Notes under the pieces: generated by a model
Told to the model about the DNA's origin: nothing
The model's input: only the letters and a program-made list of their open reading frames with translations
Databases searched by the model: none
Assembly (NCBI GenBank): GCA_951406725.2
Contig: OX597819.1
Location: 90,148,001-90,212,000, forward strand
Length of the DNA stretch: 64,000 bases
From: Octopus vulgaris
Taxonomy: Eukaryota
Direction: 5' to 3'
Part shown: piece by piece, positions 53,379 to 64,000 of the stretch
Position numbering within the stretch: the stretch's first letter is position 1
Layout of the letters: each line of letters opens with the position of its first letter
Translations under genes and position numbers: made by a program

Positions 53379-54317
53379 TCATAATAAGGCTTTGGGGACA
53401 AAGCAGAATTATCCCTTGCATATGATTGAAACACTTTCCTCAGTATTCTTGGCTACTTACATTTTACATTTAAATTGTTTACAGGAAGAGCATTCAGAAC
53501 CAAAGGAGGAAAAGTTTAGTACAAAAAATTTAATCACTTTTTAATTTACAAAATTCTCCAGCTCTTGCTGGACATGGCAAAAAGAATGAAACAATACAAA
53601 CAAAATTTTTAGTATGTTACCTTTAAGTAGATGAATGTTTTACATGCATTTCCTATCATATCCTCTCTACTGGACTTCAAACAATATCTTTGGTCTTAAA
53701 TTTATTTAATTTTTTTCTTTCTATTAATTTTCCTTTTTGTCTTCTGCTACTTCCAGTGTTCTTTATTATAAATCAAATTGAATCATTGATTTGTTTTCTT
53801 TTTTAGAAAAACATTTGTTGTTTACAATATGATATTTTCATGAACAGCATAAAAAAAAAAGAAATAAAACTAAATAAAGATCAACTTAGCTTATTGTTTA
53901 TTAAACTATATAAGTTGACATGATAACTTAGACTGACGGCTTTATTTGTTTAATCGCAGTAAGCTATCTAGAAAAGGGAAAGAGAAAAAATAAAGAGACA
54001 CAAAGCCAATAAAATGTTGAATTCAAAAGTTATATTCATAAAATCTATTCCACTGTTTGAATTATTTGTTACTTTTAGCTGCCATAGAACATCACTGATT
54101 TCCTTGGATTCCTATTTTACTATATTTATACTTTGTTGTATTATGCAACAGGGTTGCAGAGTGGTGGTGGTGGTGTTTAGCAGCTTTGCTACAGACTATA
54201 AGACTACTGTTCTTTAGGCCACATCAGCCTTGATAAAGCAGACTTATGATCAAAGATGTTACAGCCATGACTTTTCTGTCTTTCTTTCAAATACATACGT
54301 ATACATATGTGTATGTA

Positions 54318-54349
<32 letters not shown>

Positions 54350-54350
<1 letters not shown>

Positions 54351-54514
54351 TTACAAACAGTTAACTATATGTCCAATCATAGAGTGACCAATGGTTTCGC
54401 ATCCCAAAAGTGCTAGGCCATTGAGTTTGATGAGTTGTCTGTAAAGCCTAGTGCTTTATGGATGTAGAACCATTGCTCACTCAATGACTGGAGATATATT
54501 TAACTGCTTGTAAA
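54350..54514. repeat. Inverted repeat built from a degenerate hammerhead of the same family as 59491
   Basis: + strand: CATTGAGT-TTGATGA...AGAA-CCATTG-CTC-ACTCAATG (54419-54486). An inverted 3' half at 54350-54418 keeps GAAA-CCATTG-GTC-ACTCTATG on the - strand. Confidence 0.6.
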
Positions 54515-54570
54515 AATATTACTGGTCTATTCTTCAGATTGTGCTTCTGTATGGGATATATGATCCACTG

Positions 54571-54615
<45 letters not shown>

Positions 54616-54986
54616 AAAGGGAGAGAAAGAGAGAATCTTCATTTAAAGTAGAACGGTGTTATTTGACGGAGATTTGGCTATCTCATTCACTCATTATAAA
54701 GTATTATTTACTGTGTGATGGATGTGATAAGCTACAGCAGTGTTATTGTTTACACTTTATTGTAAATATTTTAATATCAGACTCTGGTGCAGCCTTCCAG
54801 CGTGCCAGCCCAGTCAAACCATCCAACCCATGCCAGCCTTTATTGTAAGGCAGTAAACTAGCAGAATCATTAGTGCGTCAGACTAAAAAGTTAGCAGAAT
54901 TTTTTCCCATTCCATATACTCTGAGTTCAAATGTCACCAAGGCTGACTTTGTTCTTCACCCTTTCAAGGTCAATAGAATAAATACC

Positions 54987-55220
54987 TATTTCTTTATTAC
55001 CCACAAGGGGCTAAACACAGAGGGTCAAACAAGGACAGACATAGGTATTAAGTCGATTACATCGACCCCAGTGCGTAACTGGTACTTAATTTATCGATCC
55101 CGAAAGGATGAAAGGCAAAGTCGACCTCAGCGGAATTCGAACTCACAACGTAACGCAGACGAAATACCGCTAAGCATTTCGCCCGGCGTGCTAACGTTTC
55201 TGCCAGCTCGCCGCCTTATC
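54987..55220 (-). mobile_element. Young SINE family B nested inversely in an older copy
   Basis: CpG-rich, with a 16-bp TSD CAATAGAATAAATACC at 54971 and 55221. Confidence 0.9.
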
Positions 55221-55402
55221 CAATAGAATAAATACCAGTTAAGCCCTGTAGTTGCTGGCCTTGTGCCAAAATAATCTGACCATTGTTTTACAGTATGTAG
55301 TAGTTCTGTATGAAAGTTGTATTTGATATGATATATCAAATATGCTGCAATTTTTATTGAAAACATTGCTTTCTATATTTCTTTTGATTTATTTATTTTC
55401 AG

Positions 55403-55506
55403 TTTGGGCGGACAGAAATAATCTGGAATAACTTAAATCCAGATTTTGTCAAGAAATTCATCATCCATTACTTCTTTGAGGAATGCCAAAAATTGAAGTT
55501 CGAAAT
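55403..55506 (+). CDS. CPNE8: Copine internal exon, 104 nt: [34 protein letters not shown](I/M)
   Basis: Acceptor tttattttcag| and donor |gtaagt. Contains the copine C2A signature GRTE.I.N.LNP.F...F...Y.FEE.Q.L.F. Confidence 0.93.
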
Positions 55507-55948
55507 GTAAGTAAAATACAGTATATTTCCATATATATTTTTGAACAAAATTTGATGGTAAATTTTTCAGTCTTTAGAATATTTAATTACCATATATGAC
55601 AGTAAATAAGACACACTTTTTTTACAATATATTATCACAAAATATCACCCCAGGACCTATATGTAAAGCTGGGCCTATATTACATGCTTTAAAGCACAAA
55701 AATCTTTTTTCACTTGAATATATGCTGCTGCAATTGGGCTGCACTAATATGCAGATATGTCTTTTATGCCATCAAATACTGTATGCACAATTTGTTGTGA
55801 TGGAGCAGATTCATTGTCAAAGATTTTCCAACCATGAACAGCCTACCTTTTTACTTGACATTCTGCACTCAGGACTGCATCGTCCAATATGTCCTTCTTT
55901 CCAAAGATGATTTGAAGGAAATTTGGCTGCTTGAGTGACCATGTAGAG

Positions 55949-56176
55949 CAGTGGTTCTCAACTGGTGTCCATATGGTTCTTGTGAGTCCATATAAAATTT
56001 CATTGTAAAAATTTATGCATAATAAATATTTAAACATTTTTTTATACAATTCCTAATAATATTTAATCATAGAAATATAGTAAGCTTTTAGACATTGAAT
56101 GGCTATAAGGGGCCTCTTCCCTTAGTAAAATAGGATTTAAAGGAGTCCATAGGCAAAAAATAATTGAGAAACAGTG
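55949..56176. mobile_element. hAT-type MITE
   Basis: TIRs CAGTGGTTCTCAA / TTGAGAAACAGTG with an 8-bp TSD ATGTAGAG / ATGTTGAG. A partial related end lies at ~8635-8745. Confidence 0.75.
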
Positions 56177-59129
56177 ATGTTGAGGCTTCCCCTCATTGCC
56201 TTGTTTATGCTGCGGCTGTAAAACAACTTTTCTGGTATTGATATTATAATAAAGATTTCTGGCAGTTCCATCATAGACATTGGCAATGTGAAAGGTATCT
56301 AAATGGTAGAAACAATACAAAAAAAAGCACAGCCAAAATCTCAGGAAGGAAATACACATACAGACAGACTCTGATATATACACATACTCACAAACAAACA
56401 ACTATACAGTTTTATGTCTGTTGCTGTGTGTTCAAAAGGCTTGTACACCACTAAAATCAAGTCATCAGAACTGTATATACCTTTCAGTCTTCTTCCTGTC
56501 CATTGCTGAGCTTGAGACAGGTCATCGATCATCTGTTCTGTTGGTTATTTGTTTAAACAACTCCCAAGGGCCATCCTCCAGAAAGCCGAGTGTGTTTAGC
56601 CACTTGTCTTCAATCTGTGTATATGTATATGTATGCACATGTATGTCAGTATGTAGTTATTGTTTTCAATACAACACCCAGGCATGGCTGTGTGGTTAAG
56701 AAGTTTGCTTCCCACTCACATGGCTCTGGGTTCAGTCCCACTTCATGTTACTTTTGGCAGATTTCTTCTGTTATAGCCCCTGGCCAACCAAAGTAGATTT
56801 GATAAGAGAGAAACTGAAACAAGCTCAACATATATGTATATATAGAGTACAGATAAATCTCTCTTAAACTACTGTCCTGCATTCTATCAACAACTTCTTA
56901 CTCCCTTATTTATATGATACCTTTTACTCCAACAACTCCATTGTAACAACTCTACAATTAAGTTAAAATTATAAAATTCATGCTCTAAAGTGATAGCATG
57001 TCTTGCATGTTCATTCTTTCTAATATATATGTCTAGTTATTTGTCTGTCTGTATGTATGTATGTTTGTATGTATGTATGTATGTATGTATGTATGAGTGT
57101 GTGTATGTTTGTGTCTCTTTGTCTTGCCCTCATAATATACTTGTAAATGAATGCCACTGTCATACAAGCAGCATCTTTCATTTCCAATATTCTGCAAAAG
57201 CCTGTTTCCTTCCTTGGAAACAGTTAAGAGTTGACAACAGCAGGTGCATATGACTGTAGGAAATCTGCTTCAACAAACTTCATCCAACCTATGCAAGGAT
57301 GAAAACGTGGACATTAAAACGGTGATGATGGCCTGACTGGCTCCCATGCCAGTGGTGCATAAAAAGTACCATTCAAACGTGGTCCAATGCCAGTGCTGTC
57401 TGACTGGCCCCTGTGCTGGTGGCATGTAAAAATCACCCACTACACTCCCGGAGTGGTTGATGTTAGGAAGGGCATCCAGCTGTAGAAACCTTGCCAGATC
57501 AGATTGGAGTCTGGTGCAGCTTCCTGGCTTGCCAGTCCGCAAACCATCCAACCCATGCCAGCATGGAAAGCAGACATTAAACGATTATGATGAGGATGAT
57601 CGAATGAATGATTGAATCATCATCATCATTTTAATGTCTACTTTTCTATCCTTGCAAGGGTCAGATGAGAGTATGTTGGGGCAGTTTTCTATAGCTGGAT
57701 GCTCCTCCTGTTACTAAATATATATGTGTGTGTGTGTATGTATATATATATACACACACACACACACATATATAAATGAATAGATGATATACTTAACTTT
57801 TCCATTAAAGAAAGATCAAGAGAAACAGTACTCCATTTGGTAAGAGATAAATATACTTTAATGTACACAGTATATAGTTTTGAGCTACTAATAGTTTCCT
57901 ACATTGAAGATATTATCTAGGCAAGTTTTAAAACATGCCTGGTGTTTCCAAGTTATCTTCAGGCTTATTACATCTGTTTTCCATAATGTCATGGGTTGAA
58001 TGGGGCAGAAGGCCATGTCTCACATGTCTCAGCTTTTAGCAGGGTTTCTCTATAGCTGGCTGCCCTCCTTAACACCAACCATTTTCCATACAAAAGTGTA
58101 CCAAGTGCATCTTATTTTTTCACTTTGTATTTGTGTATTGTAATACCTGCACTAGACATTTTGTACTATCTTCTGCACAATTACAGAATTCTCTTGACCC
58201 AAACATCATCTTTGCTTATGTATGAGTGTGCATGTTCTTGTATCCATCCTTTCTTCTATCTATCTGTCCACCTTTCCTCTTTACTGCAAGGTAGGCTGGT
58301 CCAGGAATCTGTGTGTGCATTTTGCATATGTATTTACAAATATATTTTATATTTTATTCACATACATTTTAGTCCGATCTCAACCTACCTTGCAGTACAT
58401 TTAAATCTTAAAAGAGGATTTAAACCTAAAGCCAGCATGATAATATTAGAATGTTTTCCATAATAATATTTATTTTGGCTTAGATTTTGGTTTATTGGTT
58501 AAGCCTATCTCTCACCCCTCTCTCTCTTTTGTTCTGTTCCCTTCCATCTTTACAATTATCTATTCTTGTTCTTGCATCTATTGTTCTACCATTCTGTATG
58601 TGTCATGTGCCTATTGCCTATTTAATGCCCTGTTCTGTTGTTCTGTTCTGTTCTGCGTCTATCTATCTCTCACTTAACAATAGCTTCGTTTTTATATTCT
58701 GTGTGAGGAAAATCTTTATTTTAACTCATACCCTTATAAATTCAATCTGCAGTTAGTTACGGTCTGAAGTGGGGAATTAACAGAATTTATTTGACAGTAG
58801 TGTGAACAAAAGAAAATCCAAAGGTTTCCTCTTCAATAATGCTGCAATGCTAACAGTAGCAGTAATAGGTTTAGATAATATATTGGTTGTAAATTTCACT
58901 TCACATGAATTTGTCTCAAAGGAAAATTAAGATGCTTTGAAGGATATTCTTTCAGCCTTCTTCAGCCTTTCATAACTTGGAAAAAAATCATGATGTTGAT
59001 AATGATACTATATATATTCATGTGTGTGTATGGAAAGTTAAATGTTGTTTTATATCTGTCTATCTAGCTACCTATCTATTTATCTGTTTTTCTATCTATC
59101 TATCTGTCTTTATACATACATCCTAATCT

Positions 59130-59172
<43 letters not shown>

Positions 59173-59207
59173 CATATATATGTATGTATGTATATATATT
59201 GTCAATG

Positions 59208-59440
59208 GAAGGCAGCGAGCTGGCAGAAACGTTAGCGCGCCGGGCGAAATGCTTAGCGGTATTTCGTCTGTCGTTACATTCTGAGTTCAAATTCCACCGA
59301 GGCCAACTTTGCCTTTCATCCTTTCGGGGTCGATAAATAAAGTACCAGTTTCACACTTGGGACGATATAATCGACTCAATCCCTTCGTCTGTCCTTGTTT
59401 GTCCCCTCTATGTTTAGCCCCTTCTGGGCAGTAAAGAAAT
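59208..59440 (+). mobile_element. Young SINE family B (putative parent copy)
   Basis: CpG-rich, with TSD TATATATATTGTCAATG on both sides. Confidence 0.9.
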
Positions 59441-59490
59441 ATATATATTGTCAATGTATCATAAACCCGAAAAAAAAGCAGACTCTTGTC

Positions 59491-59570
59491 TTTGGCTTTA
59501 GAGTCTGATGAGATGTCTGCAAGGCTAAGGCCTTTGTGAATGCAAAACCGTTGGTCACTCTATGACCAAA
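59491..59570 (+). ncRNA. Degenerate type I hammerhead (G12A)
   Basis: TAGAGT-CTGATGA-helix II-AAAA-CCGTTG-GTC-ACTCTA, with a 6-bp helix I. The GAAA box is mutated in a former CpG context. Confidence 0.65.
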
Positions 59571-59609
59571 CAGTGACTTAATTACTTTTAATATATATAT
59601 GCATGTATA

Positions 59610-59644
<35 letters not shown>

Positions 59645-61925
59645 TTTAATGTCCGCCTTCCATGCTGGCATGGATGGGACAGTCTGACAGGAGCCAGCCA
59701 AGCAGAAGCCTGCACCAGATTTCTGTGACTGTTTTGGCAGGACTTTTACAGCTGGATGCCCTTCCTAACACAAACCACTCAGCAGAGTGGACTTAGTGCT
59801 TTTTGTGTGGCACAAACACAGGTGAGGTCAATTTTGGCAAGGTTTCTACAGCTGGATGCCCTTCCAAATGCCAACCACTTTACAGTGTAGACTGGATACT
59901 TTTTAAGTTGTACCTGCACTGACAGGGTCACCAAGTAACTTGCAAAACAAAAATCTTTTGAGAATGGAAGGGGCATTGGAGGAGGTAATGTTGTGACAGA
60001 TGATGAAAGGTTATAGTGAGACAGGGAGACAGAAACAGGTGTTTTGCTGTATAAGAGGTACAAGGTTACCCAACCAGAGAGAGAGAGAGAGAAAGATCAA
60101 GAATGAAGACAGAAACAGGTGTGCTGCCACAAAGGAGCTACATGGTTATCCAACCTAAGAGAAGTGCAGGAGAAGGGGAGAAATAGTGGGAGACAGCAGG
60201 ATAAAGATGGAGGCAAAATACCAGGCATACTCATAATGGATGGATATCAGAATATAAATGAGATGGTCGAGTAAAGAAAGAGAGAGATACAGATGGTGGC
60301 AAGTGCCAGGGTATACCCTTGAAGTTCAAAAGTCATAATATAAATGGCAGGATATTGCGAAAGAAGCATGATTAGAGAGTGCAGAGGTAAGGAGAAGTGA
60401 GTGGTGAAAACCTGGGTATATTTAGAGTGGGAGGGGATGCTACCAGATAGCAATGATACAGAGAAACAGGGCTCTGAAGACAGGACTGGGGAGTGAGAGG
60501 TAGGCATGGTGTATGAAGGAGGAAATGTAAGGAAGAGAAGAGATATTTATTTCTTTATTGCCCACAAGGGGCTAAACATAGAGGGGACAAACAAGGACAG
60601 ACAAAGGGATTAAGTCGATTACATCGACCCCCCCCCCCCCCCAGTGCGAAACTGGTACTTTATTTATCGACCCCGAAAGGATGAAAGGTAAAGTCGACCT
60701 CGGCAGAATTTGAACTCAGATCGTAACGACAGACGGAATACCGCTAAGTATTTCGCCCGGCGCGCTAACGTGTCTGCCAGCACGCTGCCTTCCATTGACA
60801 ATATATATACATACATACATACATATATATGTATATATATATATAGAGAAGAGAAGAGATATTGGTTTGTTGGGGTAGGGTGTGTGAAAAGTTTTCTTGT
60901 TATATGTGGGTAGAACACACAGGTCGCAGATAGCAATAATACAGTGAGACAGGGCCAAGAGGACAGGATTGGGGAGTGGGAGGTAGGCATAGTGCATGAA
61001 GTGGAAATGCAAGGAAGAGAAGAGGTGTAGTTTGGTTTGTTGTGGTAGGGTGTGAGAGAAGTTTTCTTGTTAAGCGTTGGTGGGACACACAGTACTTGTA
61101 GAACTCAGTTTCACCGATGTGGGTAGGTCTTCTCAAGAACCTTATATAATCAGACATCTCGGTCCATTGTCATTTCCTCTGTGAGGCCCAACATCCTGAG
61201 ATCAGTCCTTACTACTTCATCCTACATCTTCCTGGGTCTCCCTCTTCCACAGGTACCATCCAGTTTTTGTGATTGGCACTTCTTTATGCAACTGTCCTCA
61301 TTCATACGCATCACATGTCCAAATCAACATAATCTTCTCTCTTGCATGCTGCATTTGATTCCTCTTATGCCCAACTTTTCTCTCAATACTTTTGCACTAT
61401 GTTGTACATGTGCACTGGTGTTGCACATCCAACAGAGCATTTTGCCTTCATTTCTCTCCAGTTTACACATGGCTTCTGCATTCAGAGCCCATGTCTCACT
61501 ACCATGGAGTATAACTGTTTGCACACAAGCATCATACAGTCTACCTTTCACTCTGAGAGAGAGTCCTTTTGTTGCCAACAGCAGTAATAGCTCTCTCCAC
61601 CCTATTTTTATTCTAGAAACAATATTTCAGAGCATCCACCACCATTGCTAATTTGGTCACCTAGGTGACAAAAACTATCTACAACCTCAAGAGAGCCTCC
61701 TGAGTATTTGAGAGAATCTAAATTTAGTGTGCTTGTAATGCTTATTGTTCCTGCACATCTGCCACATACAAAGATGGCTTTATCTGTTATTCTACTTGTG
61801 ATTCCACTGCACCTCTTATGTGTCCATAGTTTACATTGGGTGCACCGAATGGAATTTCTTCCAACTCCTTTCCTACATAATGAGCAGGCCCATTTACCTG
61901 ATGTAAAGTTAGTTTTATCTTCTTT
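59645..61925 (-). mobile_element. 5'-truncated RTE-clade LINE (RT C-terminus with embedded PHD finger, long 3' UTR)
   Basis: ORFs 61608-61928 and 61324-61578 give C4HC3 finger-LEVVDSFCHLGDQIS-KGRLYDACV..VILHGSETW-LREKLGI-RRL. Further on: WFGHV.RM and GRGRPRK. The 3' end matches the GGAAGGGCATCCAGCTGTA/(GAT)n tail family. Confidence 0.85.
60548..60847 (-). mobile_element. Young SINE family B with ~55 nt of extra 5' sequence (putative daughter copy)
   Basis: TSD GAAGAGAAGAGATATT at 60532-60547 and 60848-60863. The 5' extension matches the flank of the 59208 copy. Confidence 0.85.
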
Positions 61926-61927
61926 CA

Positions 61928-61965
<38 letters not shown>

Positions 61966-63830
61966 TTCTAAAAAGAAGTTTGTATTTTCGGATAAAACTA
62001 ATAATCTTTATGAAGTTACAAATGATAAATGTTAAGTTGATAAATGATAATATGATAAGTTGCTGAAAGATACCACATCCTCTAAATATAAGGAAACTAA
62101 TGTAGAGAGATACTATATCAATGATGAAGCTAAATTCCTCACTAAACATAGTAATATTGATGATAGATTAGAATGCTTAGCTAAGTGAGAAGTGTTTATT
62201 ACTTTAAAAGACCATAAGCCCAATTTTCTTCTTGTAGATTGTGAAACCCAGCAAGATCTGAAATTGGGCTAGTAGCTAAAAAGAATACTTAGAAATATTA
62301 ATGATACAATTAGGGAAATTACTGGGCTTCAACAATGGAATAACAGATTTACAGTAACAGATTGGTTTAAGAATATCAAGAATAAGGTTAAATTTACCCT
62401 CTTTGATATAGACTTTTATCCCTCTATATCTAGATTGCTGCATGATAAAGTTATTGAATTTATTAAATCATATGTTGATATTGACCCTGTAGACCTAAAT
62501 TTTATCAGGTATGTGAGGAAAGCACTATTGTTCAATAAAGGATTATCATGGGTAAAAAAGTTGCATAGCAGTGAACTATTTGATGTATCTATGGGGTCAT
62601 ATGATATTGCTTATATCTGTGATCTTATGGTTTTATCCATATCAAACACATTGAGATATAGATACCCATCTCATGACGTTGGCCTATAACCATGATGACA
62701 GTTTGGGCATTTCCCATGGGTGTGATGGTAACACCCTTGATAGATTTAGAAGGCATCTAATTCCTACCTTTTATAATTTAGGACTTAAAATTACAGATGC
62801 TACTAATCTCTCAATAGTTGATTATTTAGATGTTTCTCTAGATTTAAATTCCTTGTATAAACCTTTCCATAAGCCTAATGAGAAACTCGCATATATACAT
62901 AAAAAATCTTGTTACCCTCCTTTAGTATTTAAAAACCTGATATTAGTAACAGAGTGTTTAACCTCTCTTCTTCTAAAGAAATTTTCGAGAAAGCTGCCCC
63001 TTATTATAACAAGGCCCTAGCCGATAGTGGCTTCAAAGATACATTAATATAAATCCCTCTAATAATAATCAAAATATTAATAATAGTTCTAGTGGCATCA
63101 AAGATAAAGTTGTACATAACCACTCTAGTATTAATCAGGATAATAAGAAAACTAAAAGTAGGTCAAGGAAAAATTTTTGGCTCCTTCCTCTCTTTTCCGT
63201 TAATATAAAAATTAATATTGGTAAAAGATTCCTGTCTCTCCTAGATAAATATTTTCCAGCCCCTCACAGATACTGGTAAATATTTAATAGGCATTCTGTG
63301 AAATTATCATATTGCTTCTGCCCCAATATGAAGAGTAGCATTACCCGTGATCAATACGAAGAGCCTGAATCCAGTTGCAACTGTCAAGACCCAGGATCCT
63401 GTCAACTTGACCAACGATGTATGACTAAATCTATTGTATATGAGGCAGAAGTTACTGCAACCCTGAATAATAATACAACTGATAAGAAGACTTATATTGG
63501 ATTATGTGAAGGTCAGTTTAAAAATTGCAATGCCAATCACATAGCTTCCTGACATAGAGACAAAAGTAAAGTTCCTAAGTTGGCTAGCTGTGGACTTTGA
63601 AAGATAATGACGCACCACATGTGATTAAATGGAAAGAAATTGAGAAATCCATACCTCATGTGAATGGATTGAATAAATGTAGATTTTGTTTGGCTGAAAG
63701 AATGCAGATCCCGTTCAGCTCTAAGATTCCTAACTCTCTATTGATCTCCAGGTCAGAAATTTTCAGTGGTTGCATGCATATGAATAAATATATTTTGAAG
63801 AATTGAAAAATTTTGCTTATTTGTGACTGA
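61966..63830 (+). mobile_element. Penelope-like retroelement, frameshifted RT plus GIY-YIG
   Basis: RT motifs FDI.DFYPSI, FDVSMGSYD..ICDL, L(Y)HDDSLG, VDYLDVSLDL and YKPFHKPN. GIY-YIG motifs CNC..CQL...C....IVYEA, TYIGLCEGQFK, CRFCLAE and RSEIFSGCMH. Multiple stops and frameshifts. Confidence 0.9.
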
Positions 63831-64000
63831 CTTGATATCTTTCCAGCTTTATCATTTAAGGTCTAAGGAGGATAGATCTTTTACCTTTTTACTTTATACT
63901 TTTTGAATTTTAGTTTTTGTTTTCTGTTGTTTATTGTCTGCATTTTCTGTATGCTGCCTTCTCAGTTTTTTTGCATTTCTTCTATTATTCAATTTCTTTA

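Noticed and set aside
53485-53520. Possible micro-exon EEHSEPKEEK after tttacag
   Set aside because: No credible donor, and the peptide does not fit the C2 domain.
58935-58975. CTGAAGA...GAAA on the - strand as a hammerhead
   Set aside because: Helices II and III do not pair; a short local duplication (TTCAGCCTT) explains it.

Overview
AT-rich, microsatellite- and SINE-dense eukaryotic DNA. The repeat families and composition look like an octopus (cephalopod mollusc) genome; that assignment is an inference. The only host coding sequence I can support is three small + strand exons (41, 47 and 104 nt at 28062, 41397 and 55403). They splice in frame into the first C2 domain of a copine (CPNE8-like): [63 protein letters not shown]. 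The rest of the window is intron. It holds decayed Penelope-like (RT/GIY-YIG), RTE, CR1-like and R4/Dong retrotransposons, Tc1, mariner, hAT and Helitron remnants, TTAA-flanked MITEs and several tRNA-type SINE families. Most ORFs in the supplied track are microsatellite or repeat artefacts. The most interesting non-coding signal is a set of type I hammerhead-ribozyme motifs from several families. One has an intact core (40487-40592, - strand) and sits in a young element with a ~491-nt period that looks like a retrozyme or Penelope pseudo-LTR. There is also an apparent parent/daughter SINE pair, where the daughter carries the parent's 5' flank and lies inverted about 1.1 kb away. All coordinates and counts were read by eye.
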